Part shown: positions 36,365 through 44,056 of the stretch, one piece after another | Position numbering within the stretch: position 1 is the first letter of the stretch | Layout: each line of letters begins with the position of its first letter | DNA from: a virus | DNA: 64,000 nucleotides | Virus record (IMG/VR): IMGVR_UViG_3300042453_001086 | Span: 96,001 to 160,000 of that record | Strand: one strand, 5' to 3' | The notes under the pieces: generated by a model | Database searches by the model: none | The model's input: the letters and a program-made list of their open reading frames with translations, nothing else | Told to the model about the DNA's origin: nothing | Translations under genes and position numbers: made by a program

Positions 36365-36529
36365 TCACCATTCTATAGTATCACCGTCAAACTTAATCTT
36401 TTTCTGTTTCTTCGGCGTTCGACCCTTGTTTTGTACCTTCACACCATATTGCATTTCCAACTCTTGTTCATCGAAGTTATCGTAGTCGTTATAGAACTGA
36501 TCTTTGTAGTTGCTTTTCTGCTTAGCCAT
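36365..36529 (-). CDS. Hypothetical protein (54 aa, not in track)
   Basis: MAKQKSNYKDQFYNDYDNFDEQELEMQYG...; ATAAATA at 36617-36623 upstream. Confidence 0.65.
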   Translation of the reverse strand: MAKQKSNYKDQFYNDYDNFDEQELEMQYGVKVQNKGRTPKKQKKIKFDGDTIEW

Positions 36530-36606
36530 TGATTTGAAATGTTCTCTGAGAGGTGTCTAGAATCGTCTGTGAGGGATGTTGATATCAAGTTAGGTATCTT
36601 CACCCC

Positions 36607-36635
36607 TTGACAAGACTATTTATCTGTGGTAGGGT
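36607..36635 (+). promoter_or_regulatory. Plus-strand (antisense) sigma70-type promoter TTGACA-17-TAGGGT with extended TG
   Basis: Perfect -35, 17-nt spacer, TGnTAnnnT. Confidence 0.55.
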
Positions 36636-36883
36636 CAGTCAACAAGCAGTTGCAGAGTGCCATTGTTGACACTTTGATTGATGAATCGACCAACAGAAGC
36701 TTCTTCGTTGTTCTCATCAAACTCTGCCATAAACTGCTGTTGGAATACAGCAGCATCTTCAGTAGAATAAGTATAGTTCTTCTCAGAAGACTTATACTGA
36801 ATCACTACTTTATTCTCCTGAGAATCAATAGTAATAGATTCTACAGCAGAACTAGGAAGATTTTGGAAGGTTTCTACAGCCAT
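36635..36883 (-). CDS. KTSC-like small protein
   Basis: PSSAVESITID..VVIQYKS..YTY..SVGRFIN pattern. Confidence 0.6.
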   Translation of the reverse strand: MAVETFQNLPSSAVESITIDSQENKVVIQYKSSEKNYTYSTEDAAVFQQQFMAEFDENNEEASVGRFINQSVNNGTLQLLVD

Positions 36884-36911
36884 TTCAGTTGTTTTGGTTG
36901 TTTACTTAGTA

Positions 36912-36940
36912 ATAATACCAGTGTTTTCCTGGTTTGTCAA
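36912..36940 (-). promoter_or_regulatory. Sigma70-type promoter TTGACA-17-TATTAT
   Basis: Near-consensus hexamers. Confidence 0.75.
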
Positions 36941-36968
36941 GGGTTTTGAGATAAGAGATCCTTATAAT

Positions 36969-37213
36969 AGATAAGTTATAAGATAAGTTATAATCATAAA
37001 TCTCAAAAAACATCAGAAATCTCAAAAAGTACAAGTTTTAAGATTTCAAAAAACTCAAAAACCTCGAAAACCCTTGGAATCACAGGATTCTCGGATTTGG
37101 CGTTTTTGAGATTTTTGAGATTTCTGAGATTTTTGGGTTTCGTGACAAAGGCTTGACAAACGGTACGTCGCGGGCTAAGACTACAACAACCTCACACATT
37201 CTCACACATTCTC
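36969..37213. repeat. Non-coding AT-rich repeat zone
   Basis: Tandem AGATAAGTTATA x2 (36969-36992); perfect 16-bp inverted repeat 37013-37028/37112-37127; repeated CTCAAAAA/TTTTTGAG; tandem CTCACACATT x2 (37191-37210). Confidence 0.8.
37153..37182 (+). promoter_or_regulatory. Possible plus-strand promoter TTGACA-17-TAAGAC(T)
   Basis: Perfect -35, imperfect -10; no ORF downstream. Confidence 0.4.
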
Positions 37214-37285
37214 AAGCGTTCGCAACCCTTACAGGGTATTCTGTGAACTATTTGTGTGACCCTTATAAATCACCCAAACCTATTT

Positions 37286-37343
37286 TTTTACACATTTAAA
37301 TCTGTGGAAAAACTATACAAGTTTTCCGCAACCCTGTGGAAAA
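37286..37343. promoter_or_regulatory. Second DnaA-box-like cluster
   Basis: TTTTACACA 37286-37294, TGTGGAAAA 37303-37311, TTTTCCGCA 37322-37330, TGTGGAAAA 37335-37343. Confidence 0.65.
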
Positions 37344-37346
37344 CTC

Positions 37347-38012
37347 TTATTTCCATCTTGGACCCATTACCCAACCTACTAATGATTTACGTTTACCAGA
37401 CTTAACCTTTCTTACTCTATGTGCTATTCTACTATCAAATACAGTCAGTAATCCTAGTTCTTTTGGTACAGTAAACATAGAAGAACATTTGCCTGCTTGT
37501 AATGATGATCCTTGTCTTAGTAGTTGTAGTTCTCCACCTTCATAATCATCTGGTGATGACAGTTGTAATGTAAATGATAGTTTCCTTACTACCTCTCCAT
37601 TGATTATTGCTTTTTCGTGAGCGAGATTAGTATTCCTATTGTGTTTTACATTGAAACCTAACATACAGTTGATGTCATGATCCATGTGCCAAGTGTAGAA
37701 GTTTCCTTGTGTATATTCAATATAGGATACTGCTTCATTCTCAATGCATGTAATATCATACAGAAAGCTTTCTCTATTGGCTCTTGCGATATAATGCCAC
37801 AAGAAACCAGAGAACCAATGAAATGTAGGAAAGGTAGTCAGTTGACAGTTTCTCACTCTAGTATCTTCCCTACCATCAGATAGCACAGCCTTTTCGAGAT
37901 CGTGGTATGGGAAAGATTGTGTATCAACCTCTTCCACGAACTGCTGTACGATATTTTCTGGTAAATGTGTCCTATAGTGAATAGCTGGACTAAGGGTTCC
38001 CAGGTCTTGCAT
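37347..38012 (-). CDS. 2OG-Fe(II) oxygenase (prolyl-4-hydroxylase-like)
   Basis: FYTWHMD, RKLSFTLQLS..YEGGEL, HRVRKV..RKSLVGW; start reassigned to MQDLG. Confidence 0.88.
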   Translation of the reverse strand: MQDLGTLSPAIHYRTHLPENIVQQFVEEVDTQSFPYHDLEKAVLSDGREDTRVRNCQLTTFPTFHWFSGFLWHYIARANRESFLYDITCIENEAVSYIEYTQGNFYTWHMDHDINCMLGFNVKHNRNTNLAHEKAIINGEVVRKLSFTLQLSSPDDYEGGELQLLRQGSSLQAGKCSSMFTVPKELGLLTVFDSRIAHRVRKVKSGKRKSLVGWVMGPRWK

Positions 38013-38223
38013 CTTTATGATATGGAATGAATAATACGTTGGAGAGTGTGTGTGAATGTCTGGCATGAAACCAGTCAAAGTATTCTTCTTCTAGTGCTTG
38101 TGCGTTACGTCTATGCCTTGCTTTTAATGCTTTGTTTTTACATGCACGAGAACGACTGAGCAGGTAATCAATACGAGTACCCGCCCAATCGATTAATGTG
38201 TTATACTGTTCTTCATTTGACAT
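37990..38223 (-). CDS. Hypothetical protein
   Basis: Coupled minus-strand ORF. Confidence 0.65.
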   Translation of the reverse strand: MSNEEQYNTLIDWAGTRIDYLLSRSRACKNKALKARHRRNAQALEEEYFDWFHARHSHTLSNVLFIPYHKDARPGNP

Positions 38224-38416
38224 ATAGGGTCATGTTATAGTGATCGTAGGTGTCAAATGATTGATCAGGAGGAAGAAGATCAATGAGCATGTGAACAAAC
38301 TCAGCAGGGAATAGATCACGCTTTCTGAGAAGCTTTGTGCGCTCTTCATCAGTCAGATCTTCGGTTTGAAGAATGACTTTATAGGTGGTGGGAGTGATGG
38401 GATTAAGTGTAATCAT
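38213..38416 (-). CDS. Hypothetical protein
   Basis: Start reassigned to MITLNPIT. Confidence 0.65.
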   Translation of the reverse strand: MITLNPITPTTYKVILQTEDLTDEERTKLLRKRDLFPAEFVHMLIDLLPPDQSFDTYDHYNMTLYVK

Positions 38417-38573
38417 CTTTGGTAAAGAAGCGAACGCAGGAGAGAAACTTTTGATATTCTGCATCAGTGAAGTTATCCGATGCATAGGGTATATTATTTA
38501 CCTCAGCACAGAAACGATTGATTTGTTCTGTTGGTGTGACGCTGAGAGCAGTAGCGAGGAGAATACTAATCAT
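38403..38573 (-). CDS. Small exported-type protein (56 aa, not in track)
   Basis: MISILLATALS..FCAEVNNIPYASDNFTD..C. Confidence 0.65.
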   Translation of the reverse strand: MISILLATALSVTPTEQINRFCAEVNNIPYASDNFTDAEYQKFLSCVRFFTKDDYT

Positions 38574-38694
38574 CTTTGTTGCATTCGTTCAGACCTTGCA
38601 CAAACTCTTCAATACGTTTGTTTGCACGATAGTTTTGAATGATGTCAACAACACAATAACCAAAGGCGAAGCCCGCCATAATCGTAGTAATCAT
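38566..38694 (-). CDS. Small membrane protein (42 aa, not in track)
   Basis: MITTIMAGFAFGYCVVDIIQNYR...; ATGA coupling. Confidence 0.6.
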   Translation of the reverse strand: MITTIMAGFAFGYCVVDIIQNYRANKRIEEFVQGLNECNKDD

Positions 38695-38891
38695 TTGAGT
38701 GTACCGTCGAGATTAAAGATTGCACCACAGTCAGGGCAGTGGTAAGAATGAGTTTTGTCCGCCTCCCAGGATTGTAGAGCGATGACTCTAGAATAGAAAT
38801 AGGGAGGAGAATACTGATCGTGAAGATGCTCAGGAATAGGAATGGTGTGCCACAGAGCGTTGCAAGCAGGGCAGTGAGATACTTTTTCCAT
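38691..38891 (-). CDS. Zinc-ribbon protein
   Basis: CPAC...CPDC. Confidence 0.7.
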   Translation of the reverse strand: MEKVSHCPACNALWHTIPIPEHLHDQYSPPYFYSRVIALQSWEADKTHSYHCPDCGAIFNLDGTLK

Positions 38892-39049
38892 TAGGATTGC
38901 ATTACCTTGTCATACAGATCATTATAGATCTCACGCTCGGTTTCGTCAAGATTGTCTGCAAAGTGTGACTTATCGAGCATCAACATGATGTCCTGTAGCA
39001 TGATTAGCTCTTCATACAGAAGATGCGGAATGGTGAGTGTAGGTGTCAT
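38891..39049 (-). CDS. Hypothetical protein (52 aa, not in track)
   Basis: MTPTLTIPHLLYEELIML...; coupled at both ends. Confidence 0.6.
   Translation of the reverse strand: MTPTLTIPHLLYEELIMLQDIMLMLDKSHFADNLDETEREIYNDLYDKVMQS
38921..38949 (-). promoter_or_regulatory. Sigma70-type promoter TTGACG-17-TATAAT inside a CDS
   Basis: Consensus -10, 17-nt spacer. Confidence 0.65.
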
Positions 39050-39192
39050 GTAAACTCCGCAATGTAATAATCAACCGTGACTTCATTCTCTGCAGCAAGA
39101 CGCTCAAGGTCTTCTACATAATAGTCAATCAGTTCCTTTTCACGATACTCATCAATGTCGAGCAGAATGTCATCCATGTTATCGTTTTGCAT
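39046..39192 (-). CDS. Small acidic protein
   Basis: Start reassigned to MQNDNMDD. Confidence 0.62.
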   Translation of the reverse strand: MQNDNMDDILLDIDEYREKELIDYYVEDLERLAAENEVTVDYYIAEFT

Positions 39193-39331
39193 AGCGGCAA
39201 TCGGGGTGAGGTTGAGGAAGTTCAGCACATGCTTTATCATATGCTTTAAAGAGTTCATGATCACGTTGAATCAGAAAGACATTATACATCAAAATGCCAA
39301 TAAAGGCAAGAAAGACGTAGGTAGTTTTCAT
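39179..39331 (-). CDS. Small membrane protein (50 aa, not in track)
   Basis: MKTTYVFLAFIGILMYNVFLIQRD...PHPDC. Confidence 0.65.
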   Translation of the reverse strand: MKTTYVFLAFIGILMYNVFLIQRDHELFKAYDKACAELPQPHPDCRYAKR

Positions 39332-39465
39332 CTCGTAGACTCCAGCACATTAGATACAAAAGAAACTGCTTGCGTTGCTCCTTGATGTGCAGTATTATAG
39401 GTTAAATCCCTGAACGAGGGATTGATAAAGCAACCAAACAGAATAATGAAAAGTACCAACTTCAT
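39328..39465 (-). CDS. Small membrane protein (45 aa, not in track)
   Basis: MKLVLFIILFGCFINPSFR...; TGATG and ATGA coupling. Confidence 0.6.
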   Translation of the reverse strand: MKLVLFIILFGCFINPSFRDLTYNTAHQGATQAVSFVSNVLESTR

Positions 39466-39734
39466 CAGCAAGCACCATGAAAAGGATTACCAATCTGAGG
39501 CAGGTTAGAGTTATCACGAGTCTCGGTGTATCCGTAAGCAATACGCTCACGAATATCAAGCATCATCTCCACACGATTCAGAAACTTTTTAGACACTTGA
39601 CCATGAGGAGCAAAGGTAACAGCACGAAGATACCACTCTTTAGAAATATCACCGTAAGGAGTCTTCACAGGATAGAAGTCAACAATCATGTTGCCATCCT
39701 TGCTGGTCAGTTGAGGAGTCTGCAGGGTCTGCAT
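39465..39734 (-). CDS. Conserved phage hypothetical protein
   Basis: LTSKDGNMIVDFYP pattern; promoter upstream. Confidence 0.72.
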   Translation of the reverse strand: MQTLQTPQLTSKDGNMIVDFYPVKTPYGDISKEWYLRAVTFAPHGQVSKKFLNRVEMMLDIRERIAYGYTETRDNSNLPQIGNPFHGAC

Positions 39735-39757
39735 CGGTGTGTCTCGATTACCTTAGT

Positions 39758-39786
39758 AGTATAGGGGTTTATGGGGCATCCGTCAA
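39758..39786 (-). promoter_or_regulatory. Sigma70-type promoter TTGACG-17-TATACT
   Basis: 17-nt spacer. Confidence 0.7.
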
Positions 39787-39984
39787 GGGGAGCTTTGATT
39801 TGCTTTGCTTATGGGTCCGTGGGGTGGTCGATTTGATCTGCTTTTGTTTTGCGATTTTTTGCTGTTTTCGGATGTATTCTACCGCCTTGGCGGCGGTCGC
39901 AACGTCCGTAATCTGCTCTCCATTGTAAAGTATAACATATCTGGTGCCCCATGGCACTGCTGCGTATCCATCTTTAGTGATCAT
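39769..39984 (-). CDS. Hypothetical protein
   Basis: MITKDGYAAVPWG; AGGAG-like SD upstream. Confidence 0.68.
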   Translation of the reverse strand: MITKDGYAAVPWGTRYVILYNGEQITDVATAAKAVEYIRKQQKIAKQKQIKSTTPRTHKQSKSKLPLTDAP

Positions 39985-40070
39985 TTGGTCTCCTATGTTA
40001 TACTTTGGTATTTTTCGGTGATTTGGCTGCGAGGAGAGGGCAACAGGTCATGCTGCTGCCCCCTTGACAC

Positions 40071-41321
40071 TCATGCAATAATGCTCGTGGGGGGCACACC
40101 CTTCACAAAGATAGCATCAACAACGTTCTGCAGGCGTTTCTGAATCTGTGCGCCATAGTTACCGTAGATAGGCACAGTCACGAAACCAAACGGTTTGCGA
40201 TAGTTACCGATGTCACCAGCAGTGAGTTTGCCTTCCGCAATGTCACGCGCATCATCCACATTCATGCGGATTACACGACCAATGGTTTGTGCCATCTCCA
40301 CAATGTTGAGGTTACGAAGCAGGACACAATGCGTCAGACCAGGAACATTGATACCCTCAGACAGAATGCTGTAGTGAAACACCACAAACTTACGCGCAGG
40401 ATCTTTACCCCATGCGGTGAGAGTATCAAAGAATACCTCACGGTTGACCTTCTGTTTGTTGACATAGGCACCGTGCTTAGCAGTAATGTGCAGCACATCA
40501 TATCCACGCTCAGACAGTTCCTGAAGCATGGAAGTAGCAGCAACCATATTCCAAATGATTTTGCTGCTGGGTGCTGCTACCAGCACTTTCTGACCAGACT
40601 CAGCATCAAGATTGTCTACAATCTCCAGCACAGTGTTAGCGTCACAGTCAGCAGCGTTAGACTTGGTGCGAGCAACTGCGGGCTGTTCGTGAATCTGAAT
40701 CGAAGGAGGAATGATACTACCAGACTCAATCAGTTCCTGTGCAGGAGTGATCTCAATCACATCACCAAACACCAGTTTGTTATTCATGCCACGCCCCTTG
40801 GGATTCTTGGAGTGACGAGGAGTTGCAGTAAAGAAATAGCAGTTGTTTGCCATCTCAGATACCATAGCAGTCTTAGGAAAGAACTGCTTGCTGGTAGCAT
40901 TATGTGCCTCATCGAAGTAAGCTACATCGATGTCAATACCAGCATCAACAATACGATGCAGAGAATGATAGGTGGTGAAGATAAAGCAGGACTCACCAGC
41001 AGCACGAGCGGTGTTGTTGAACAGCGCAATCGTATCAGATTTGGTGGTGCTGAAGTGATGAGTTTCACCACTGTGAACGTGCATGATGTGAACGTTCTTG
41101 GTATCAATAATCTGCAGATATTCGTCACTCAGTTGGTTGCACAAAAGCAACCTAGGTGCTACCACAACAGCAGTCAAACCACGCTCAGAGGCATTCAGAA
41201 GACCCAGCAGGTGCAGGATTTGCTCAAGAGTCTTGCCAGCACCCGTAGGTTGAATCACAATGCCCTTACAGGCGTTCTGCATGGCAGCGATGGTACGCGG
41301 TTGGTGGGAGCGAAGTTTCAT
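40071..41321 (-). CDS. Superfamily 2 (DEAH, Res-subunit-like) helicase
   Basis: PTGAGKT, DEAH, TATP, LSEGINVP, QTIGRVIR; start reassigned to MKLRSHQ. Confidence 0.9.
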   Translation of the reverse strand: MKLRSHQPRTIAAMQNACKGIVIQPTGAGKTLEQILHLLGLLNASERGLTAVVVAPRLLLCNQLSDEYLQIIDTKNVHIMHVHSGETHHFSTTKSDTIALFNNTARAAGESCFIFTTYHSLHRIVDAGIDIDVAYFDEAHNATSKQFFPKTAMVSEMANNCYFFTATPRHSKNPKGRGMNNKLVFGDVIEITPAQELIESGSIIPPSIQIHEQPAVARTKSNAADCDANTVLEIVDNLDAESGQKVLVAAPSSKIIWNMVAATSMLQELSERGYDVLHITAKHGAYVNKQKVNREVFFDTLTAWGKDPARKFVVFHYSILSEGINVPGLTHCVLLRNLNIVEMAQTIGRVIRMNVDDARDIAEGKLTAGDIGNYRKPFGFVTVPIYGNYGAQIQKRLQNVVDAIFVKGVPPTSIIA

Positions 41322-41343
41322 GTCGTGTCGTTTCAACAAATAT

Positions 41344-41372
41344 AATATACAGCAAAAGGCGGGAGCCGTCAA
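41344..41372 (-). promoter_or_regulatory. Sigma70-type promoter TTGACG-17-TATATT within a terminator-like hairpin
   Basis: GGCGGG/CCCGCC stem followed by TTTT on the minus strand; -35 in the loop. Confidence 0.7.
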
Positions 41373-41402
41373 GACCCCCGCCCATTAGCGTTGCTTATGG
41401 AA

Positions 41403-42458
41403 TCATTTCATAAGAATAAACTCACCTTCTTGCACACCTTCTTGGTGATGATCTTGTGCAAGGAAAGCATGTTGACACTTAGGATTTTTCCAAGGATAGC
41501 AACCATTAGTAACCTTGTAGATAAACACTTTATCAAGTGCAGCCTCAAGATTAGCAAGTGCTACGGTGTGAACTTTCTCGCGTTTGACATCAAGAGATTC
41601 AATACGAGAGGGGAGAGCAACAGATGCTTGAATGTTCATGTAAGAATCGAGAGGAGTTTTTGCTGCCTCAGTAATCAACGGATTAGTACGAGAACCCCAG
41701 TTATCCATGTTGATGTAGTAGTTACGCACATCAGGATTGTTGAGTACGTTCTTCACATACTTATCAGTAGAGCGATTTACAAACTCTTCATACGTTTTCT
41801 CATTATGTGCAGTAAAGCGTTCCAGTTTCACAGTGGTATTACCACTAGTGTGAATGAAACTAATCATTTCTTTCACTAAACGACCCTGAACAGTCTTGCT
41901 GAGAGAGTTGTTAGCAATCAGACGAATCTCGTCTTCGATTTGCTGCTGGCAGGTGATTTCACCAGCGGAAACACCAAACTTGATGTGCTCAATCACTTCA
42001 TCTTCGTTGTTAAGAGTAGCGTGAAACACACGCTCATTATTCAATGCTTTAGCAAAACGTTTGCGAGCCCATTCGTTTTCACAACGAACAAAAACAAACA
42101 TATAACCAGAGATGCCAAGATAAGAACAAGCATCGTGGCGGTGTCCACCAGTAATGATGTCACCAGTATCAATATCAATATAAACAGGCGGTTGAGTGCA
42201 GTCAATACCGTTTTGTTCGATATCTTCTTTAATCAAACGCACTTTCTCGTGGTCGGTGCCAAGATAACGACCAATGTTGTTTTGTTTTACAACATCCTTC
42301 CAGAGACCAAACTTTTTCTCGATAATCTCAATACCAGGAATACCCTTGTCAGTTACAGGGAATGTCCAGTTTGCAGGATCCATCAACTTTTCATCAAAGT
42401 ATTGACAAACATATTGCAGTGCATCATGAATGTCTTGAATGTCAAAGATTGTTGCCAT
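41403..42458 (-). CDS. ParB/Sulfiredoxin-like N-terminal domain protein (351 aa)
   Basis: IEQNGI..PPVYID..IITGGHRHDA resembles the ParB-N GxxR motif. Confidence 0.6.
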   Translation of the reverse strand: MATIFDIQDIHDALQYVCQYFDEKLMDPANWTFPVTDKGIPGIEIIEKKFGLWKDVVKQNNIGRYLGTDHEKVRLIKEDIEQNGIDCTQPPVYIDIDTGDIITGGHRHDACSYLGISGYMFVFVRCENEWARKRFAKALNNERVFHATLNNEDEVIEHIKFGVSAGEITCQQQIEDEIRLIANNSLSKTVQGRLVKEMISFIHTSGNTTVKLERFTAHNEKTYEEFVNRSTDKYVKNVLNNPDVRNYYINMDNWGSRTNPLITEAAKTPLDSYMNIQASVALPSRIESLDVKREKVHTVALANLEAALDKVFIYKVTNGCYPWKNPKCQHAFLAQDHHQEGVQEGEFILMK

Positions 42459-42482
42459 GTGTCAAATAGATTGAATGAAGTT

Positions 42483-42511
42483 ATTGTGCCAGTTTTGAGG
42501 GGATCTGGCAA
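42483..42511 (-). promoter_or_regulatory. Possible sigma70-type promoter TTGCCA-17-CACAAT
   Basis: 17-nt spacer; both hexamers imperfect. Confidence 0.4.
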
Positions 42512-42536
42512 CCCCATGTTAACAATCAGTAATATA

Positions 42537-42941
42537 TTACTTATTCATCTGAAGTGTAGGAACAGGCATTCCACCTTCAGTGGGCACATAGATGGTTACG
42601 TTACCATTCTTGCTGCCATCTTCAAGACCAGTGATATACAGATACTGAAGATACTCACGGTTATCTTTGAGACTATTACCGATGATTTGGTTTGCTTTAG
42701 CAACACCAGTAGCACGAATCACTTCAGCATCAGCCAGTTGCTGTGCAGAATCTTTCTTTGCTTGTGCTTCCAGAACTGCTACCTGACGAGTATATTCTGC
42801 CTTCTGCAGTTCTGCTTTACCTTGCAGCGATTGTGCCCACACATTGTAGAGCGGACCAACCACAGCATTGATAATCATCAGCGACAAAAGAAAAGAGACG
42901 CCAATGATACTAGCATTGCGAATAGTGTGATCAGGTTTCAT
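42537..42941 (-). CDS. Membrane protein with SPFH/band-7-like C-terminal coiled coil
   Basis: One TM helix, then AEVIRATGVAKANQII..YLQYLYI pattern. Confidence 0.6.
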   Translation of the reverse strand: MKPDHTIRNASIIGVSFLLSLMIINAVVGPLYNVWAQSLQGKAELQKAEYTRQVAVLEAQAKKDSAQQLADAEVIRATGVAKANQIIGNSLKDNREYLQYLYITGLEDGSKNGNVTIYVPTEGGMPVPTLQMNK

Positions 42942-43149
42942 AGGTAATCTCCTTGTGGGTGTAACCAAAACCACGTTGGGCTTTGATATTGTTTTGAACT
43001 TGATCTTTCAGTTTCTTCAGTTTATATTTCGTTTGTTTGTATTGCTTGTATGCATCAATATATGTCTCAGCAAATACAGGTTGTTCATCGACAACCTCTT
43101 CAACAACCTCTTCAGAGGTTACATCGATTACTTGTTCTTCATTCAACAT
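42931..43149 (-). CDS. Hypothetical protein
   Basis: Coupled ORF. Confidence 0.6.
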   Translation of the reverse strand: MLNEEQVIDVTSEEVVEEVVDEQPVFAETYIDAYKQYKQTKYKLKKLKDQVQNNIKAQRGFGYTHKEITYET

Positions 43150-43532
43150 GCGAGTGCTCCAGAGGGGATTTCAACAACTTCAGGCATAGTATTTTCTTCA
43201 TACTTGTGAAGATTATAGCACACCCATTTGCCATAACGGGTGTAAAAATATGCAAACTCTTCGTTATTTTCATTAAGAAGATAATCAAAGAGATGATCAT
43301 CAAGGCGAGGAGGGCAATCTTCACCGCGAGCAGAATAATACTCGGGTTCGTTATTATCATTCCAGCAGGTGCTCATATCACCGCCATCAATCAGTTCAAT
43401 AGCTTTTTCTTTGGTGTTGTAATGAGTATTCAGAATGCGACCGAGCCACTCAGGATAACCATCCCAGTGGTGATATACAGAGAGCACAGATTCATCAGAG
43501 AGTTCAATGCCGATGCGAGCGCGAGTTGCCAT
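43143..43532 (-). CDS. Conserved phage protein (YxHWDGYP family)
   Basis: MATRARIGI..SVYHHWDGYPEWLG. Confidence 0.8.
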   Translation of the reverse strand: MATRARIGIELSDESVLSVYHHWDGYPEWLGRILNTHYNTKEKAIELIDGGDMSTCWNDNNEPEYYSARGEDCPPRLDDHLFDYLLNENNEEFAYFYTRYGKWVCYNLHKYEENTMPEVVEIPSGALAC

Positions 43533-43537
43533 GATTT

Positions 43538-43624
43538 TCAGCGGTAGATTGCTTTGAAAAAGAATACGATGCCACCAGTCAAAAGAATGAAGGTGGCGAG
43601 GAGAGAAAGGTCAACGATGTTCAT
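43538..43624 (-). CDS. Small membrane peptide (28 aa, not in track)
   Basis: MNIVDLSLLATFILLTGGIVFFFKAIYR; TAATG coupling. Confidence 0.5.
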   Translation of the reverse strand: MNIVDLSLLATFILLTGGIVFFFKAIYR

Positions 43625-43764
43625 TAGAATCTTACATTCACCCCAACAACCTTTGCCTTAGGATTACGAGCGAGAGCAGTTTCTCTAGCGTCTTGGGGAT
43701 TCACTGCTTGAACTTCTTCTTCAAACACTTTACCACCAACGTAGAGTTTAACAACGTAAGTCAT
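43624..43764 (-). CDS. Conserved hypothetical protein
   Basis: MTYVVKLYVGGKVFEEEVQA..ARNPKAKV. Confidence 0.7.
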   Translation of the reverse strand: MTYVVKLYVGGKVFEEEVQAVNPQDARETALARNPKAKVVGVNVRF

Positions 43765-43765
43765 T

Positions 43766-43975
43766 TCAGTTACCTTCAGCGATTTGGTTGAGAATGTTGC
43801 GAGCAAACTTCATGAAATCATAGGCAGTCACACCGCCCTTGTGATTGTCAACAGCATAACCATCAAGCATATCAGACTGATTGTAAGTATTCACAATCAG
43901 CAGACAAGCATCATACAATGCTGCGCGATGTGCTGCTTCAGCGTTAAACTGCATGGCGCTGTAAGAAGGAAGCAT
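43766..43975 (-). CDS. Hypothetical protein
   Basis: Start reassigned to MLPSYSA after a cassette promoter. Confidence 0.62.
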   Translation of the reverse strand: MLPSYSAMQFNAEAAHRAALYDACLLIVNTYNQSDMLDGYAVDNHKGGVTAYDFMKFARNILNQIAEGN

Positions 43976-43997
43976 CGGGTTGGTTGCGTATGAAAGT

Positions 43998-44056
43998 ATT
44001 ATAGGGCATTCAGAGGGGTCTGTGCGACCCCCTGTGCCACTTTGCAAACTGGTCAG
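43998..44056 (-). promoter_or_regulatory. Thirteenth, isolated cassette promoter (TGTGCCAC-N8-CTGGTCAG, 29 bp spacer, TATAAT)
   Basis: Same geometry and GGGGTC/GACCCC hairpin as the copy at 32824-32883. Confidence 0.7.

Noticed and set aside
39179-39345. Suspected frameshift in a small membrane gene
   Set aside because: Re-reading shows an intact 50-aa ORF from ATG 39331
40287-42947. Long plus-strand ORFs (352 and 335 aa; also 32083-32895 and 33759-34349)
   Set aside because: Antisense shadows of clear minus-strand genes, which rarely use TTA/CTA/TCA codons; no family motifs or promoters
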